In this document: positions 34,401 through 47,717 of the stretch, piece by piece
Layout of the letters: the number at the start of each line of letters is the position of its first letter
Position numbering within the stretch: the stretch's first letter is position 1
Source of the DNA: Tubulanus polymorphus
Lineage: Eukaryota > Animalia > Nemertea
Reading direction: 5' to 3'
Assembly: GCF_964204645.1 (NCBI RefSeq)
Contig: NC_134030.1
Span: forward strand, 17,050,110-17,114,109
DNA: 64,000 nucleotides
The notes under the pieces: generated by a model
What the model was told of the DNA's origin: nothing
What the model saw: the letters and a program-made list of their open reading frames with translations, nothing else
Databases searched by the model: none
Position numbers and translations under genes: made by a program

Positions 34401-34744
34401 CACCTGTGTCCAGCCGATTGTGCGTATCATTTGAATACTCCCAAAATGGTTATTTTCGTGAAAAATATTGAAGAAAGAGTTACACAGTATCATTATTTGC
34501 AATTGTATTCAAAATGTTGCATAACATGATTCAAGGGAGGGGCTCCTAGAGTGTTAACGTCCATTTCTAGTGGGTTGACTTGATTAGAACTTAGGGCTGT
34601 CAGCTCAGATTAGGAAATGATAGAACTCGTTTTCAATTACAGACAATTTTGGCAACGTCCGTCAGTCGGAAATCAGCGAAGAATAAGAAAAAGAAGGCGG
34701 AGAAAGCAATGCTGAGTAAGACGAGCGAACCAGCGAAAGCATGA
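19495..34744 (+). CDS. PA2G4: Proliferation-associated protein 2G4 / EBP1, 11 coding exons, 390 aa
   Basis: Exons 19495-19585, 21473-21601, 23114-23225, 23868-23937, 26578-26670, 30697-30760, 31672-31829, 32173-32251, 33314-33460, 33845-33972, 34643-34744. All introns are GT-AG with consistent phases; total 1173 nt. Motifs [70 protein letters not shown] and a Lys-rich tail. AATAAA at 35418. Confidence 0.97.
19922..20891. mobile_element. MITE-like element in PA2G4 intron 1 with about 45-bp TIRs and nested insertions
   Basis: aatcacagacactcgccgatgggcttgggattcagttcctgggg at the left is inverted at the right (ccccaggaactgtatcccaagcccatgtgcgagtgcctgtgatt). Confidence 0.65.
20091..20515. mobile_element. 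Palindromic Mutator-like MITE with 9-bp TSD
   Basis: Long inverted arms (ggtcctcctta..accgagatga); ctaacaaac is duplicated at 20082-20090 and 20516-20524. Confidence 0.8.
22650..22863 (-). mobile_element. Degenerate tRNA-derived SINE
   Basis: Minus strand begins agcggtacgggcgagtggttagagcattcgact (A-box-like), followed by a ggcaagacactta core. Confidence 0.45.
24578..24961. mobile_element. Small MITE
   Basis: Ends agccgcgttcacact / agtgtgaccgcagct, with internal ttcacact and agtgtgaa repeats. Confidence 0.55.
25823..26380. mobile_element. Tc1/mariner-pogo-type MITE
   Basis: TIR cagtcaaccccgcataagtcgt / acgacttatgcggggttgactt, flanked by TA on both sides. Confidence 0.75.
26676..28040 (+). 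repeat. Dispersed repeat, copy 1 (interrupted); homologous to 36311-36810
   Basis: Shared tttttggcgaaccgtag..tatgcaaacg start, ttttaggggacttattcttgaaaa middle and gggatatacgggaaatt end. Confidence 0.7.
28925..29074 (+). ncRNA. SNORD10: Box C/D snoRNA, SNORD10/mgU6-77-like, copy 1
   Basis: C box ATGATGA 28930-28936. Guide TCATGCGTGTCAT followed by D' CTGA is complementary to U6 GAUGACACGCA. D box CTGA 29067-29070; terminal stem gttg/caac; about 150 nt; intronic and sense. Confidence 0.85.
29303..29452 (+). ncRNA. SNORD10: Box C/D snoRNA, SNORD10-like, copy 2
   Basis: C box 29308-29314, intact guide plus D', D box 29445-29448. Confidence 0.85.
29633..29782 (+). ncRNA. SNORD10: Box C/D snoRNA, SNORD10-like, copy 3 (variant guide and D')
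   Basis: C box 29638-29644, guide catgcAtgtcat with D' ATGA, D box 29775-29778; part of a 330-bp tandem duplication with copy 2. Confidence 0.7.
29912..30612 (+). mobile_element. Helentron-associated (HINE/DINE-1-like) non-autonomous element
   Basis: Begins tttataccccctgcaacgaagt..ggggtat with a gtccgt/gtcc-like microsatellite remnant; ends in a short hairpin-like tail ...ctctagt. Confidence 0.45.
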
Positions 34745-36310
34745 TTCTGATATTAAGCTTTATTCGATAAATTGGGGAAGTGAATACACGCAGTTTAAAC
34801 TTCTAAAACCTAGTAACTTCTGTTGAGTGATGCCAATGAATGGTTTATGGCCTGGTGGCCTGGGACTGTAGAAACTGTGCTAAAATTTTGTTGGGATAAT
34901 AGTGGACTCCACTTAACATTGGTTTTAATCTAGGAAGAAGGCCAAATACTGATAACATATGATATATGGACTTTGGTTTTACTCAATTCTGTGCTGCTCG
35001 AATTCTGAATTTCGAAGCGATCTGGCTTAATCTGATCATGATTAATGGGGGTCCATTTTTGGTTCATTTGCCAATGACAGTTAATGCTTGTTGCTTGTTT
35101 GTTGTTGGGGCAAATGATGGATTATGCATCGTAAAAGTACATTGAATTAGAAATACAAGTGTTGGGACTAAGAAATAGAGACTACCTCAGTAATAAGTAA
35201 AGCCAGTTGACTGCGCCAAAACCGAGGATTCAGTGATCAGAAAGAGCTTTACTTAATACCTTGTATGTATCAGTATGTATTTGGTCCACTATATATTCCT
35301 TCATATAAAGCATATTGCTTGAAATGAAATGTTGTCTTATTGTCATGGCAACCTATTTGGCGTGTATTCACTTTTTCGACCAGCTCAAAAATATTATTTT
35401 GGTTTAAAATTTGAGACAATAAACATTAAAAAAAGAAAAACGATAATTTTTTTGAACTTTTTATTTAGAATTTCCAGTATACTGCAGGGCCCGGTTTTTG
35501 ATGGGTTTCGTCGTCAGACGTTTCTTTATGACACAATTTAAGCTGTTTGCGTGAACCGATTTTTCTGTAAATTGGCACATATATTCTGTACTTAGTGTAG
35601 ATGGTGCAGATTGGTTTATATTTGATTCTGATGTTTATAAGTGCTCAAATTTGGTTATAAAACAATCAACATTGCTCGTTAGTTCAAGCCGCTGTAGCGC
35701 GTTACTACGGCGATGCTCAATACACTCGTGTGTGTTTAACACTCAACCAGCTTGTACATGGAGATATGATACTCTCATACAGCACGCGCGCGCTGATCTA
35801 GTCTAACGCCTCGCGCGCGATATTTCAGCGCCAATGCCGAGAGACTGGGGAGTGCTCCGGACACTTCGCAGTGAAGACTTTTGGAATTTGGATAAGGCGG
35901 GATCATTCTTTGCAGTTTCAGACAGTCGCTTCCCTTTACGTAAAAAAAACCAGCGTAAACTAATTGGCCAGCTGAGATTTCCGCCCTGTTTTCACAGTTT
36001 AACTACATATTTCCACAAAACAAACTAGGCATTTTGTCGAATACAGTTTATTTTGTTTGAAAAAAAAAAACATTTAAATGTGACAGGTCGTAAATTCCTA
36101 CTTGAGGTTTCCCTGTGTCACAAGTTAATTGGGCTCCTGGAGATTAGAGTAGCGGACGAAACAGCTCGTCGAACATGCAGCGCAAAGAAGGACCTGCGAC
36201 AACAGATATACTTGAATAAATAATCACGTTTAATTACTACAATTTAACTCCAGAGATGTCATCAGACCGATGACCAGTCTCAAACTGATACACATCACAA
36301 ATACAAATCA

Positions 36311-36810
36311 TTTTTGGCGAACCGTAGGTTTGCCTATGCAAACGGTCTGATGATGCAGTTTTCATCGAAAATGAATAGAGTAGCAGTGTGTCAACAAGGC
36401 ACAAACATTGGCTTTTGAACCAATAGTGTTGATTTTTGGTGTCTTGGTTTGGCTTAATGAGTTCTCATGCCCACAAAAATTTCATAGTGATCAAGTTATT
36501 TTTAGGGGACTTATTCTTGAAAAACACGCAAAACCCCTGCTTTTTAGCACGAAGAAATGGCACGTTTTTACGTATGACAATTTGCGCGCTTGGAATGAAA
36601 TATATAAAACTTTAATCCTTCCTGGAGTGTCGCTGTTTTTAGTTCGACTGATCTCAATGTACTTTTCGATCTACAGGCCCTCACTTTATAAACCCCCTAA
36701 ATTTCCTCGCTTCTATTTATTTAAGTTGACCTTGTTACCTGAGCTACAATGAATGTGATTGGCTTTTTGTGGGATATACGGGAAATTCTGGGAATTTCGG
36801 CGTCTCTGAT
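36311..36810 (+). repeat. Dispersed repeat, copy 2
   Basis: High visible identity to 26676-27010 plus 27890-28040. Confidence 0.7.
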
Positions 36811-37063
36811 GTAATTGGGGAAGCCCATTGGATGTGAAACCCAAAACAAAAGGCAAGCATTTTATTCAACCAGGTATCGTACCTTTGCTTATAATTTCTT
36901 TTTCACGATTATAAACGAGTAGGCTATTTAATTCAGTATCTGAACTAGCAAGTATGATGATACCAATGGCAGGGTTCGTAGCGGGTCTTATTTGTATATT
37001 TAAGAAAAAAAATGTTTCGAGTAGGTATAGCTAAAGCATACTTGGTGAAGTGATCAGTCATTA

Positions 37064-39660
37064 CTAAGATATCTTCGAAACCTCCGCGACTTTGATCCAT
37101 ACAAAGAAAAATCTAAATATACGACCTCCAAAGGCTCCGATGTAACGATAGGAATCAATCGCTTGTTGGGTAGGGGTACTTGCATCAAACACTATAGCAA
37201 TCTCTGACTGGGGAACTACGACTTTCAACGACTCAACGCCATCCTCAAAGACCGTCCGACACAGAAAGCAATCACTTAAACAAAGCGAATCCGCAAAACG
37301 TTGCCACTTTCGATCCAAATGAGAAAACAGACGATATCGCCCCGTTCTAGTAATCTGTCCAATATTTCTACTCGGATCAGAGTCTAACTCTTGCGCGGCG
37401 ACCATACACCTCCGGCCAACTCCCAAGGCTTCAAAATCCTGTTAGGGATTAACAGACGGAAGAGGAAATGCAAAAACAGACTGACAAACGGCATGGACGT
37501 CATCGAGGATACACACTTACGACTCAAGGCATCAGCATCCACGTTGGATTTGCCGGAAATATACTCTAAAGTTAAATCGCAAATGGCTAAACACTGTAAC
37601 CAGCGATGGCTGGTCGCATCCTGTAAGGTTAACGGATTCGAGTCCGTTTTGACACACATACATTACCGTACAAGTAGTCATTAAGGGCCTCAGACAATGA
37701 CCACTTGAGAGCCAGAAATTCCAACTTGTGGACCGGATAATTTCTCTCGATGGTTTAAGGCCGTGGAGCTATGAGTCGTAATTTTCTTTCCTGAGCAGGC
37801 CCCTAACCCACCCAGACTCGCATCGGTATGTAGTTCGAAAGGTAAGGAATAATCAACATACGCCAAAACTGGCGGTTCAGATGATAACTCCTTCAATTGA
37901 TCAAAAGTGGACTGCTGAGCCTCGGATTCCCCTTCAAAAGTTCGTTTAGTGGCTTCGCTATTTTGGCAAAACCCTTTATAAACCGCCGGTAGTAAGAAGC
38001 GAATCCCATGAAACTCAGAACTTCACTTACGGATGTGGGGGTTTTCCACGCTCTAATGGTTTTAGTCTTTTCAGGGTCAGGCTCGATACCCGCCTCGGAA
38101 ACTACGCGGCCAAGGTGAAGAACTTTCTCCTGGAAGAACGAACATTTCGACAGTTTTAAGTTTCAGGCCAGCATTTTTCAGCTTCTGGAAAACATTGTCT
38201 AACGGCACTAGATGTTCAATCGAGGCCGAAAATACGATGATGTCATCGATATAAACGAGACACTCTTTCAACGAAAGATCACCGAGGCTTCGCTCCATTA
38301 AGCGTTGGAATGTAGCCGGAGCGCCGGTAAGTCCAAAAGGCATTACCTCACACTCATAAAATCGGAAACCTGGGCCAACGTTGAAAGCAGTGTATTGCTT
38401 ATTCTCCTCGTCCATCTGAACTTGCCAATAGCTGGATTTTAGATCCAGGCAAGAAAAATATCGGGAACCATAGAGGGCGTAAAGTTGCTCGTCAATGCGA
38501 GGCAAACAATAGCGTTCTGGGATAGTACGTTTATTTAATTCCTGGTAGTGGATACAAAATGGCAGCTCACCGGTCTTCTTTCTGACTAAAACTACCGGTG
38601 ACGCAAATGCGCTGGATGACGCTTTTATAACCCCAACCTCGAGCATCATACGGAGATGGTCCCTAACCTCATCCACCATACCAGGCGGAATTCTACGATA
38701 CCGCTGATTTATCAGAGTGGTATCCGTGAGATTAATCTTATGCTCATTTAGATGAGTGTGTCCAAGGTCAAAATCACTAATTGAGAAAATAGACTGCCTT
38801 GCCCACAAGAGATTCATAAGCCTCTCCCTGGCTTCGTCCACAATCGTGGACCAGATCCATACGATCCTCTAAACTGATTTTGTCCAGCTGGCCGGGGAGT
38901 GGGAACCCAATTCCGATAGACAGGTCTTTCCGCAACCTGTTTCACGGTTTTGGAAAGCTTTTCAATTTCAGCCGAAACTTTGCAAAAGCCTCCTCCCATC
39001 CCGGGGAACCCGAACCTGGAGGTTGAGGCCTCTGAACTGGAGCCTGAACTGAAGCGATGGTTTTCCTTCCAGAAACGACGTTACCGGACTCCTGTTCACA
39101 TTCAGCCTTCCGCGCTTCCTTGACCACGTCATTATATGAAGCTTTTGTCTGAAAAAGATGGTTCTCTTCCAAAGAATAAACCTCACCGGATATCAAAGAG
39201 AACTTATCCAAGACCTGATCCATATCGGCATCTTCTCCAGCATTAAACAGAACCCCCACTGCACCCCCGCACAAAGACCTTCTCATTACCATGCGAATTT
39301 GCGTCATTATATGAAGCTTTTGTCTGAAAAAGATATCGGTTACAGCCGCCAGGCAAACACCTAATCTTCCCCATGAGGTTATCGAGATGGCAAGACCACT
39401 GACTAATGGTTTCCATTGCCTACTGCATCGAAACATAAAACTGCCGGAGACTCTCTTCCTAAGAATAAACCTCACCTGATATCAAAGAGAACTTATCCAA
39501 GACCTGATCCATATCGGCATCTTCTCCAGCATTAAACAGAACCCCCACTGCGCCCCAACGCAAAGACCTTCTCATTGCCATGAGAATTTGCGACCTGGAA
39601 TAGTTGGGATCCTTCTGGAGTGCCCTAACTTCAATTTTCCACTGCTGGAAGGTTGATTCA
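37064..39660 (-). mobile_element. Decayed Ty3/Gypsy retrotransposon internal region (PNMA-like gag, RT, RNase H)
   Basis: RT motifs FASPVVLVRKK, LDLKSSYWQ, MPFGLTGAPATFQR, YIDD (38077-38841); RNase H ELHTDAS and GKSNVDADALSR; many frameshifts; internal duplication in gag (about 39130-39600). No LTRs seen. Confidence 0.9.
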
Positions 39661-42600
39661 TTTTTCTCATAAAAAGATTTTTTTTATTTTTTACTCACTC
39701 GCCCCTTCAGTAAAGTGTTAGCATAATAAAGTGAGTAAAGTGTTAGCATAATAATCTAGTTAGATAAGATCAAAAATATAGATTTCGCATAATAAAAAAT
39801 CAGTTTTTAAACATAAAAAGTGTGAGTAAAGTGTGATTGAATTAATTTATATTTTAACATTGAATATTCATATTTGAATGAGTTAGATTTATTTTAATAA
39901 AAGTTTTGTTATAAAAATGAAGAAAGAAGAAGAACCCAAATTTAAAATCGAAATCAATGAAACCAATAACTTATTTTCACAGTTCAACATGAAAAGTTAT
40001 ATTTCAGCAACAAATTTAGTGTATGCAAGACAATATAAAATAGATAATATTACTATAATTATCAAATGAAAAATATTTAATTACTGAACTAATTGATACT
40101 TTTGATAATGGAATCAAAAATCCTAAAATATTCAATACAGTTTTAAATTGTAAAGGTAATTTAGATGAAAACATAATTAATATTCTTCAAACTCCTTTTA
40201 ATGAAAGAGATAGTGATTTAATACTTTCTAACGATTACAATGATTTGATTAACTTAAGAATTGAAAAAAGACAATTATTATTTATTATTGTGTTTTAGTT
40301 ATTAGAGTAATAGGGAATATGGGGGTTCGGATTAAAGGTTTTTTATGAGCTGAATATAAGATTGTTGTTTGAAGAGTTTGTTCAGCATATCATCAGTTGA
40401 TGGTCTTAATTCGGTAATCTATTCTACATTCGATTGCAATCCAAATTAATTTATAGTTAGTGTAATATTTTTGACAAAATACACTCAATGATTTGATGGT
40501 GAGCCAAAGGGCCATTGGACCTTTATTTCTTTTTGTTTCTGCTTGCGTTTTCTATCTTTTTCCCGCACTCTTCGCAACTTTTGCGCGGGCCACCGCGCTT
40601 GCTCTTCACTCTTTTTTCCCGCCAATATTCTCTCAGTTATTTTGTTTCTGGTTACAGCTTTATTTGTTTCTTTTAGCGTTTTATTTTGATGCCCTAAAAC
40701 CACCTTTAGCTTATTTGTTTCTGAGGAGGCAGCTTTTTCTCTCTTGCATCCTTTTATTCTGAATGTGAGCCATTTTTTTTGTTTTGCTTTTGTGGCGTGG
40801 CTATAGCCATCACTGAGGGTCTCTTTTTCTTTAACTAAGCTTTTAATTTATCGCGGTGCAGCTGTACTTTAATTGTTTGTTTTTCCAAATACAATGCATA
40901 TTTTTCTGGATCATTTTTTTTCATTCTATTCCGATAGTAACTTGTACGAGAACTCATGACTTAGACCATGGAATATTTAAGACCAAAGCAAAATGCTGAA
41001 AAAAGAATAATTTGTTCAGGCTACAGGCTTTGAAAATAATTGGTCCGATATTCCTTCTAGATTAAAGTTTAAAACCCTTCTGTCCAGTCGATTACCTTCG
41101 GGAACCTTTTTCCTTCAAAGACTACATATAACGTTAAGTTCGGAACTGCTCTGACCTATATCGACACTCATGCGGGAGACTCTGTTGACCTGCTATTGGC
41201 AGCGCTGCGATATCGCCCCGCGCGGTAAACTTTAATATTGGCAGTTGTTTTAAAAACCACGTGGAATTCGTCATAACTATGTTAATTGTCTCATTTCTTC
41301 ATTATCGCGATGCTAGTTTAAGAATTTATTACATGAACATTAAAAATAACGATATTTATAAAAATGACAGATTTTGGTTCCCATCATTGTAAAATCTGCC
41401 ATATCAATGTTGCATTCATCTCTGTATTAAGATATTGAGTATGAAGATTGGTTTTCTTCTGCAATGACTGATAGATGGGTTATAGGACTCGATTTGTGAT
41501 TTCAATTTTTCTGTAGTTCTGTGGTTGTAGCATGTTTTGGAGCATAATGTCGTCTATTGTCTTTCAGTGGCAAAAATACATGTGACCCTTATGTGCTACA
41601 AAGATATGTGTAAGAATCTAATTGATCTTATATCCTTAAGTCTGCAAGAAGATTGTCCGGCAAACTTAAACATCAACAGCTGCTGTAGCCTCTGGCAGAA
41701 TGTACGAGCCTTTCTGTTGGTTGCAGATTTGGAATCACAGCACTCTACATTGTTGAATACCCTAGATTCAGCTCACCATAATGAGTGATATCCCTAAAGC
41801 TGTCATGAATATCTCATCATTGGATAGCTGTTAATTTTTCATGTCATTTCAAATGTTTGCATGCGCAACTTGAAAGTATTGGGTGGTCAAAAACAAGTTT
41901 TTGGCACTGCTCACTTGGGGTGAGCCTCTTCTCGTAGATGGCGTCATTCCGTTTTTTTGTGGATATGCCGAGGTTCATTTTGACTTGTTGAAGGGTTTGA
42001 AATTTGACTCTAAAACTCTGAAAGATGTCACTTAAGCTAAAGATGGACATCCTGAAGAGAATAAAAATGAGGGATCTAAATTTGATGCGTATATAGCTCT
42101 TACAGTATAATAGGCCATGCTGAAAAAATGCAAGTAATTCTGAAATTGTATAGCATAGGCCAGTTTTTCAATCCTGTGATTATAAAAGTAATAATGAAAC
42201 AGTGATGAAATGTCCATGATGATTAATGCTTGGAACAGTGAAAATTTTTCTGTTATTTCCTGAAAACTTAAGATACATACCTGCAATATTCAAGATGCTT
42301 CACTTCAGACACCACATATTTATTTGTGTTTAACCAAATGCTATTATGGAAGATTTGACATCAACATTCAACACGTTACCAGCAGTGTTTATCTGATTTT
42401 AAAAGCATTTTCAGAATCGAAGATGTCAACGTCCATCAGCTTTCTTGGATGAGTTCACCTTGTGTGGTCATTAACTCTTCATGTGGAACGTCCTATTTTC
42501 TTGTAGCTAAATTTTGCGGGATCAATTTAATCCATTACTAAAATCTCATGATTAAGCATTTCTGATGGTTTTCAGCTCAATGAAACATTGTAACACTATC

Positions 42601-45600
42601 AGACATGCCGACCCTGAATTTTTTTTCCAAGTAACACATATCTAAATTTTAAGTATTTTCAAAAATTTCTAAGGAACCAACCTATTTGGTAATTTTCATG
42701 AAAAATAAATAGTTTCATTAACTATACACATAAGTTAAAATTTCATCTATCAAAATCAAAGGTTTTTTTGGCGGGACCTTCTTCTCAAGTCTCAAGTTCA
42801 GAATTTTGTGGCTCACTAGGCTCAGATTGAGATGATGGATCTGAAGGAAACTTGGCATCAGACATGATAGAATTATCCACACCAGAAGCCATTTTTGATT
42901 CTACATAGATGGGGGTAGCTGACGGAACTGCACAGTGGCAGGTCACAAAGCAGTCAATGTCCTGCCAAAGATTGTTAAAAATTTATTGTGGCTTGATTTA
43001 TGGCAAAAGCAAGTAAATGAACAATTTGACGACTTTTATTTTGTGATATTTTAGATGATATTTATTTAAATGTTATGGAAAAAGATTTGCTGGTAACCCC
43101 CCAAAAATCAGGGGGTCAGACTGCCCCTGAAATCTTGTTTGTGTTAGTGAGACCAGACCACCAGTAACTGGGGGAAGGTGGCATTGCTTTCTATTTCAAA
43201 ACAACTGCAATGTCAATCATTACTATCTAGGGTTGCTATCTGGGAGTTATTGTTAGTTGTTATTGTAATAGCCAGATAATTGTCTTGAACTTGATAGAGC
43301 AAGTGTACAAACATCATCTGCAATGCGGCTAGTACTACGCGACTCATCGCTGTTATTATTCCTAGCAGGTGACGCCAATCTATAAATAAGCACGTCTGTA
43401 TTGTTGCTAAAGGCAGCCAGTGATATGGAGTGCAGCGCTTGATATGTATGCCATTTACATAGCTTATAAAGAACTTTGGGTGCTTAACACACCATCCGCA
43501 TGAAAAGATTTCGATAATAGGTCATGCCATATGATATCCGCACATGAAATTCGAGTTCATGGTCAGAATTTTCAGAATTTAAGATGGCCGCCATTCTCTC
43601 TCAGCGTTATCAATTCTTCAATTCCTGTAAAGCCAAATTTTAATAAAGGACCTCGTTAAAATTTACAGGTTTTTTGAAAAAATCTGATCGCAAATTGTTG
43701 TGTTTGGCTGGGGATTCTTTGCCAAACAGGGGTCCTCAATTTCCTTGGTCTGTTTGTGAGATTTACTTGCCTTCGAATATCCTTAGATTCTCATAACAAG
43801 ACTCTCTTGGATTTATTTTATTCTTGACGATTTTGTAACATATGTTGAGGCTCTTTAAAATACATCTTGCCTCGGCCAGATCTCTAGCTCGACTCTCTGT
43901 CACTAATCTCTCTCAAATATCTGATGGGTCTTGTGACACAACCATTATCTGTTTTCCATCACTGCCCACACAGATCCTGCTTACTCAAACTCCGGCATCC
44001 TGTTGATCACATACCTTTGACCAACATTAATCCTTGCTTATAAATAAATTTGGTACCTAATAACAATATAACAAAATTATAAATCCTCAGGCCCTCTAAA
44101 GATGAAATTCGCTCAATTATTGCTGACTTATTATGATTTCTCAGTTGTTTGGTTTCTTTGGGTGTCCGAAATGTTGATCCTCTGAATCCTATAGATGGTT
44201 CATTTCCTTGTTATGAAAAGTGTCAGGTGATCATCTAGGGGTCATCCTGACCCCATGATCCTCACATCAGGCTCTTTGCTATAAGAAGTGCCTTGTTAGA
44301 ATGTTTAGTAATACTAGCAATAGTTGAGGTGGGTATGGTAGACTTTGAAACATGATGTTACACCGGCTTATCTTAACATGTCTCGCAATGATGAACAGTG
44401 GTGCGTCAGCAACCGTTTTCATAAGAAGCCCCGTGTGGTAGGCTTCTTTTGATAATATTGCATGTCCGTCGCTTTTCCTTCGCAGCCTATCATTGATTCA
44501 TCCATTGAAATCTCTTGGAAATCACTGGGAATTTGTGACATGACGTGAGCTTGTTCCTGCGCTGGGGCAGGATCATTTGTGTCTGTATGACAGGCATTTA
44601 GCAAGGGATGGTCTGAAAGCAATTGCACTCGTCACATCTTAGAAAGAATAGAACTATTTTAGGTCCATTTGACAGTCCAGAGCATTACGATAGAGAGCAG
44701 ATGAACGATCATTTGATGGAGAAGGTGTGGTTAGTTTTGAGGTCTGTTTGTTGATAATTTCAAACAACTTTCCAAGTGGATATGGTGTCCCTGGATCCCC
44801 GGTTTATTTAACCATGAGTCTGGCATTGTCTTCTTGTCAACATTTCCTCGTAGTGCCTTTAGCTTGTCTGGCAGGGAATCTTAATGATCAAACAAGCCCT
44901 GCAATCAGCTATATCTTTTGCGTACTGTTTACCGAGCAACGTTTTAACATTTGCACTCTTAGTTTGAATTGCTGAGAATGCCTCCCGATGGATGTCAGAA
45001 TTTCCATGACTTGCAAAATAACGTCTTCCCTCTGTCCAGTTTGATATCCATTCGATATAAATGCAGGGCCTGGTATGGTTGATTTCGATATTATATTGTT
45101 CTCAATGATGTGTTTACAGAAATAGGTTTTTGAGGAAGATTTTTAAGGAATCGTCTTTAAAATTAGGTAGACCCCAGGTTAATTTACCCACGAGTCAGGC
45201 ATTGTATTCTTGTCTTCAACATTTCCTTGTAGTGCCTTAGCTTGTCTGGCAAGGAATCTTAATGATGTGACAATTTTTATCAAACAAGCCCGGCAGTCAG
45301 GTTTGAGTACTGTTTGCCTTCAACATTTTAACATTTGCACACTTAGTTTGAATTGCTGAGTATGCCAGTCAAGATGACGAAATGAACAACCATCCTCAAG
45401 CACCACAAAACGAAGATGGTTCGGGGCTGGTGCCAGCTAATGGCTGGCCTATTCTCAGGGTCGTTTATGGCAGGTGTCAGTCAGCTTAAATAACAGGGAC
45501 ACACACAGAAATGCAGAAATTAATGTGCTAATTTCACGCAATAAAGCTAAATTTAAATTTAACTTTATCCAGCTCAATTTCAGTAAGGTTCGAATCCCGT

Positions 45601-47717
45601 GCGTTGTTGCGAAAATATGCAGACAGCATAGCCAAATTCATAATCGTTATGAGCCACGATAAATGATTTGCAATTAAATCGATATACTGAGATTTATGAT
45701 TCTGTTAAAGAGTCACAAACAAATGAGTCATGACAACGGTTTTGAAAATGAAGTATTATTTATTCATCAAAAATTGCAATCAGGAGACAAGTATGTTGTA
45801 CAGTAGTTTATACAATATATTCAAAAATTCATTGAAAAATGGGAAGAATTTTTTTCTTAAACACCAAAATCAATTAACAAAATATTCAGAAATTCAGAAG
45901 ATTTTTTTTTCTCAATGAAACACTAAAAACACTTTGCGAGTGTTTCCATCTATGAATTAACGGGCGTAATAACCCCACTGATGGGACCAAAGATCTCTAT
46001 CTTAATTTACTCACCTGAAAGCAAATCTTACAGATACAGTTTTTATGAGTATACATATTCTACATTTTTAAGGGCATCAAAAACATGTCTCTTCAAAACT
46101 ATCTCGATTACATATGTTTGCTTGTACATTTAATTGATACACTTAATAAATATAGTTTTTGATTGTAAGTACAAACTGAGCTATACGTTTCATAAACAAC
46201 GTTTAGAACACCGTGGACGATTTAACATAGCAGAAAAATTAACACCAGAGCTTTGATAAGGTGAAACAAAGTTAAATGAAAGCAAAAGCACATTAAGGAG
46301 ACAAAATCATAGTAGATTAGAAAATTGATATCAGTGCCACCATAGATACACAGCGTTAGATAGAAATAGAAGGAAGTAACAATTACCTTACAAAATACAA
46401 ACCATGCCAATTTTCAATGGAAATAAAAACAACACATTTTATATATAATTCAGCGCAGATATAAAGTTCCCGAATGGGAATAAAACTCATTTAGACATGT
46501 TACATGATCATTATTCATATCATTTCTCGTATTACTACTGATGACAACAGATGGTGTACAAAATTAGCATACTTCTTCCGAACACAATTGTTATTCAAAT
46601 GATAATAAGTATTCTGAGGTTTTTGAGATGTCTTCCAACATTTATCATGTTTATCAAAATATGTACGATAATCTAGCTTTTTGATAATAAGTTCTCCGGA
46701 TGATTTATTGTTGAAACTTTGACGACGACCATAGCAAACCCGTATATTAAATCCACACCGAAAAATTGCCTCAAATCCCTGACTAGGCAAAGCTTTGTCT
46801 GAGACAGAGTTCTGATTTGAGTGGTGTCTGCACTGTATGTCGCCTTAAGTGCCAACTGCTGCCAAGTTGATTCCAGTAGTTGCTATACCAGAAACATTGT
46901 TGAAAGATTTTTTTACATTTTCCCCGCTAAGCTAAAAAAGCTGGCAATCCCAACTTTTCTGCTACAGCAACTGTGTGAGAACAAAGACTATGGAACTTGT
47001 ATTGTGCACAGGTATATATAGATTTATTATTATTAGTATGATGAACAACTTGATTGTTAAGGTTAGATGATAAACTAATGACACAATACAGTTTAATAGC
47101 CGGAACCCTCGATGGTGCAACTGCTATCGAGTCAGATGAGTAGCAGCTTTCTCCCACATTGGCATCAAAATTGCATCTGCAATCGATATTCTTGAGGCAC
47201 TTTTAGCTTGGTCCAAGGTTACTGATATAGATGATGAGTGCAAAGTAACATTTTCTTTATTATATAGCCGATGCATTGCGTAGCTGTAATTTCTATTAAG
47301 ATGATGTTTTCTTTGTTGAGGCGTCATTTTCATAAAATTATGTTAAATTATGTATTAATAACGAATCATTGAAATCATCCCTGATTTTGAATTTCTGGGA
47401 TAAACCAGCGTATGCCAGTGAAATTTCTTCACGTTCGGCTTTGACCATCTTTTCAATTACCTTTACAAATGCAGCTTCCCCCATTTTCTTTCCCTGTAGC
47501 CAACGTCTTATCTTAGCATTTGTGCTTTCCGATGAGTTAGTATAGAATGGTGGATACCCTAGTCCAGAGCTTGCTCGAACATCAGCGCTCAAGTTATATT
47601 TTACTACAGTCACACGGTCATCAAGAAATCGTAAAACCCCTTAAAACCTTCAATATCAGCAAATTTATCACCCCATTTATTCTTTAATTCATTAAAACGT
47701 TCATCAAATTCAGAAAG

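Noticed and set aside
40485-40970. Lys/Arg-rich minus-strand reading frames as a host gene
   Set aside because: Broken by stops and frameshifts; looks like a decayed transposon ORF that I cannot classify.
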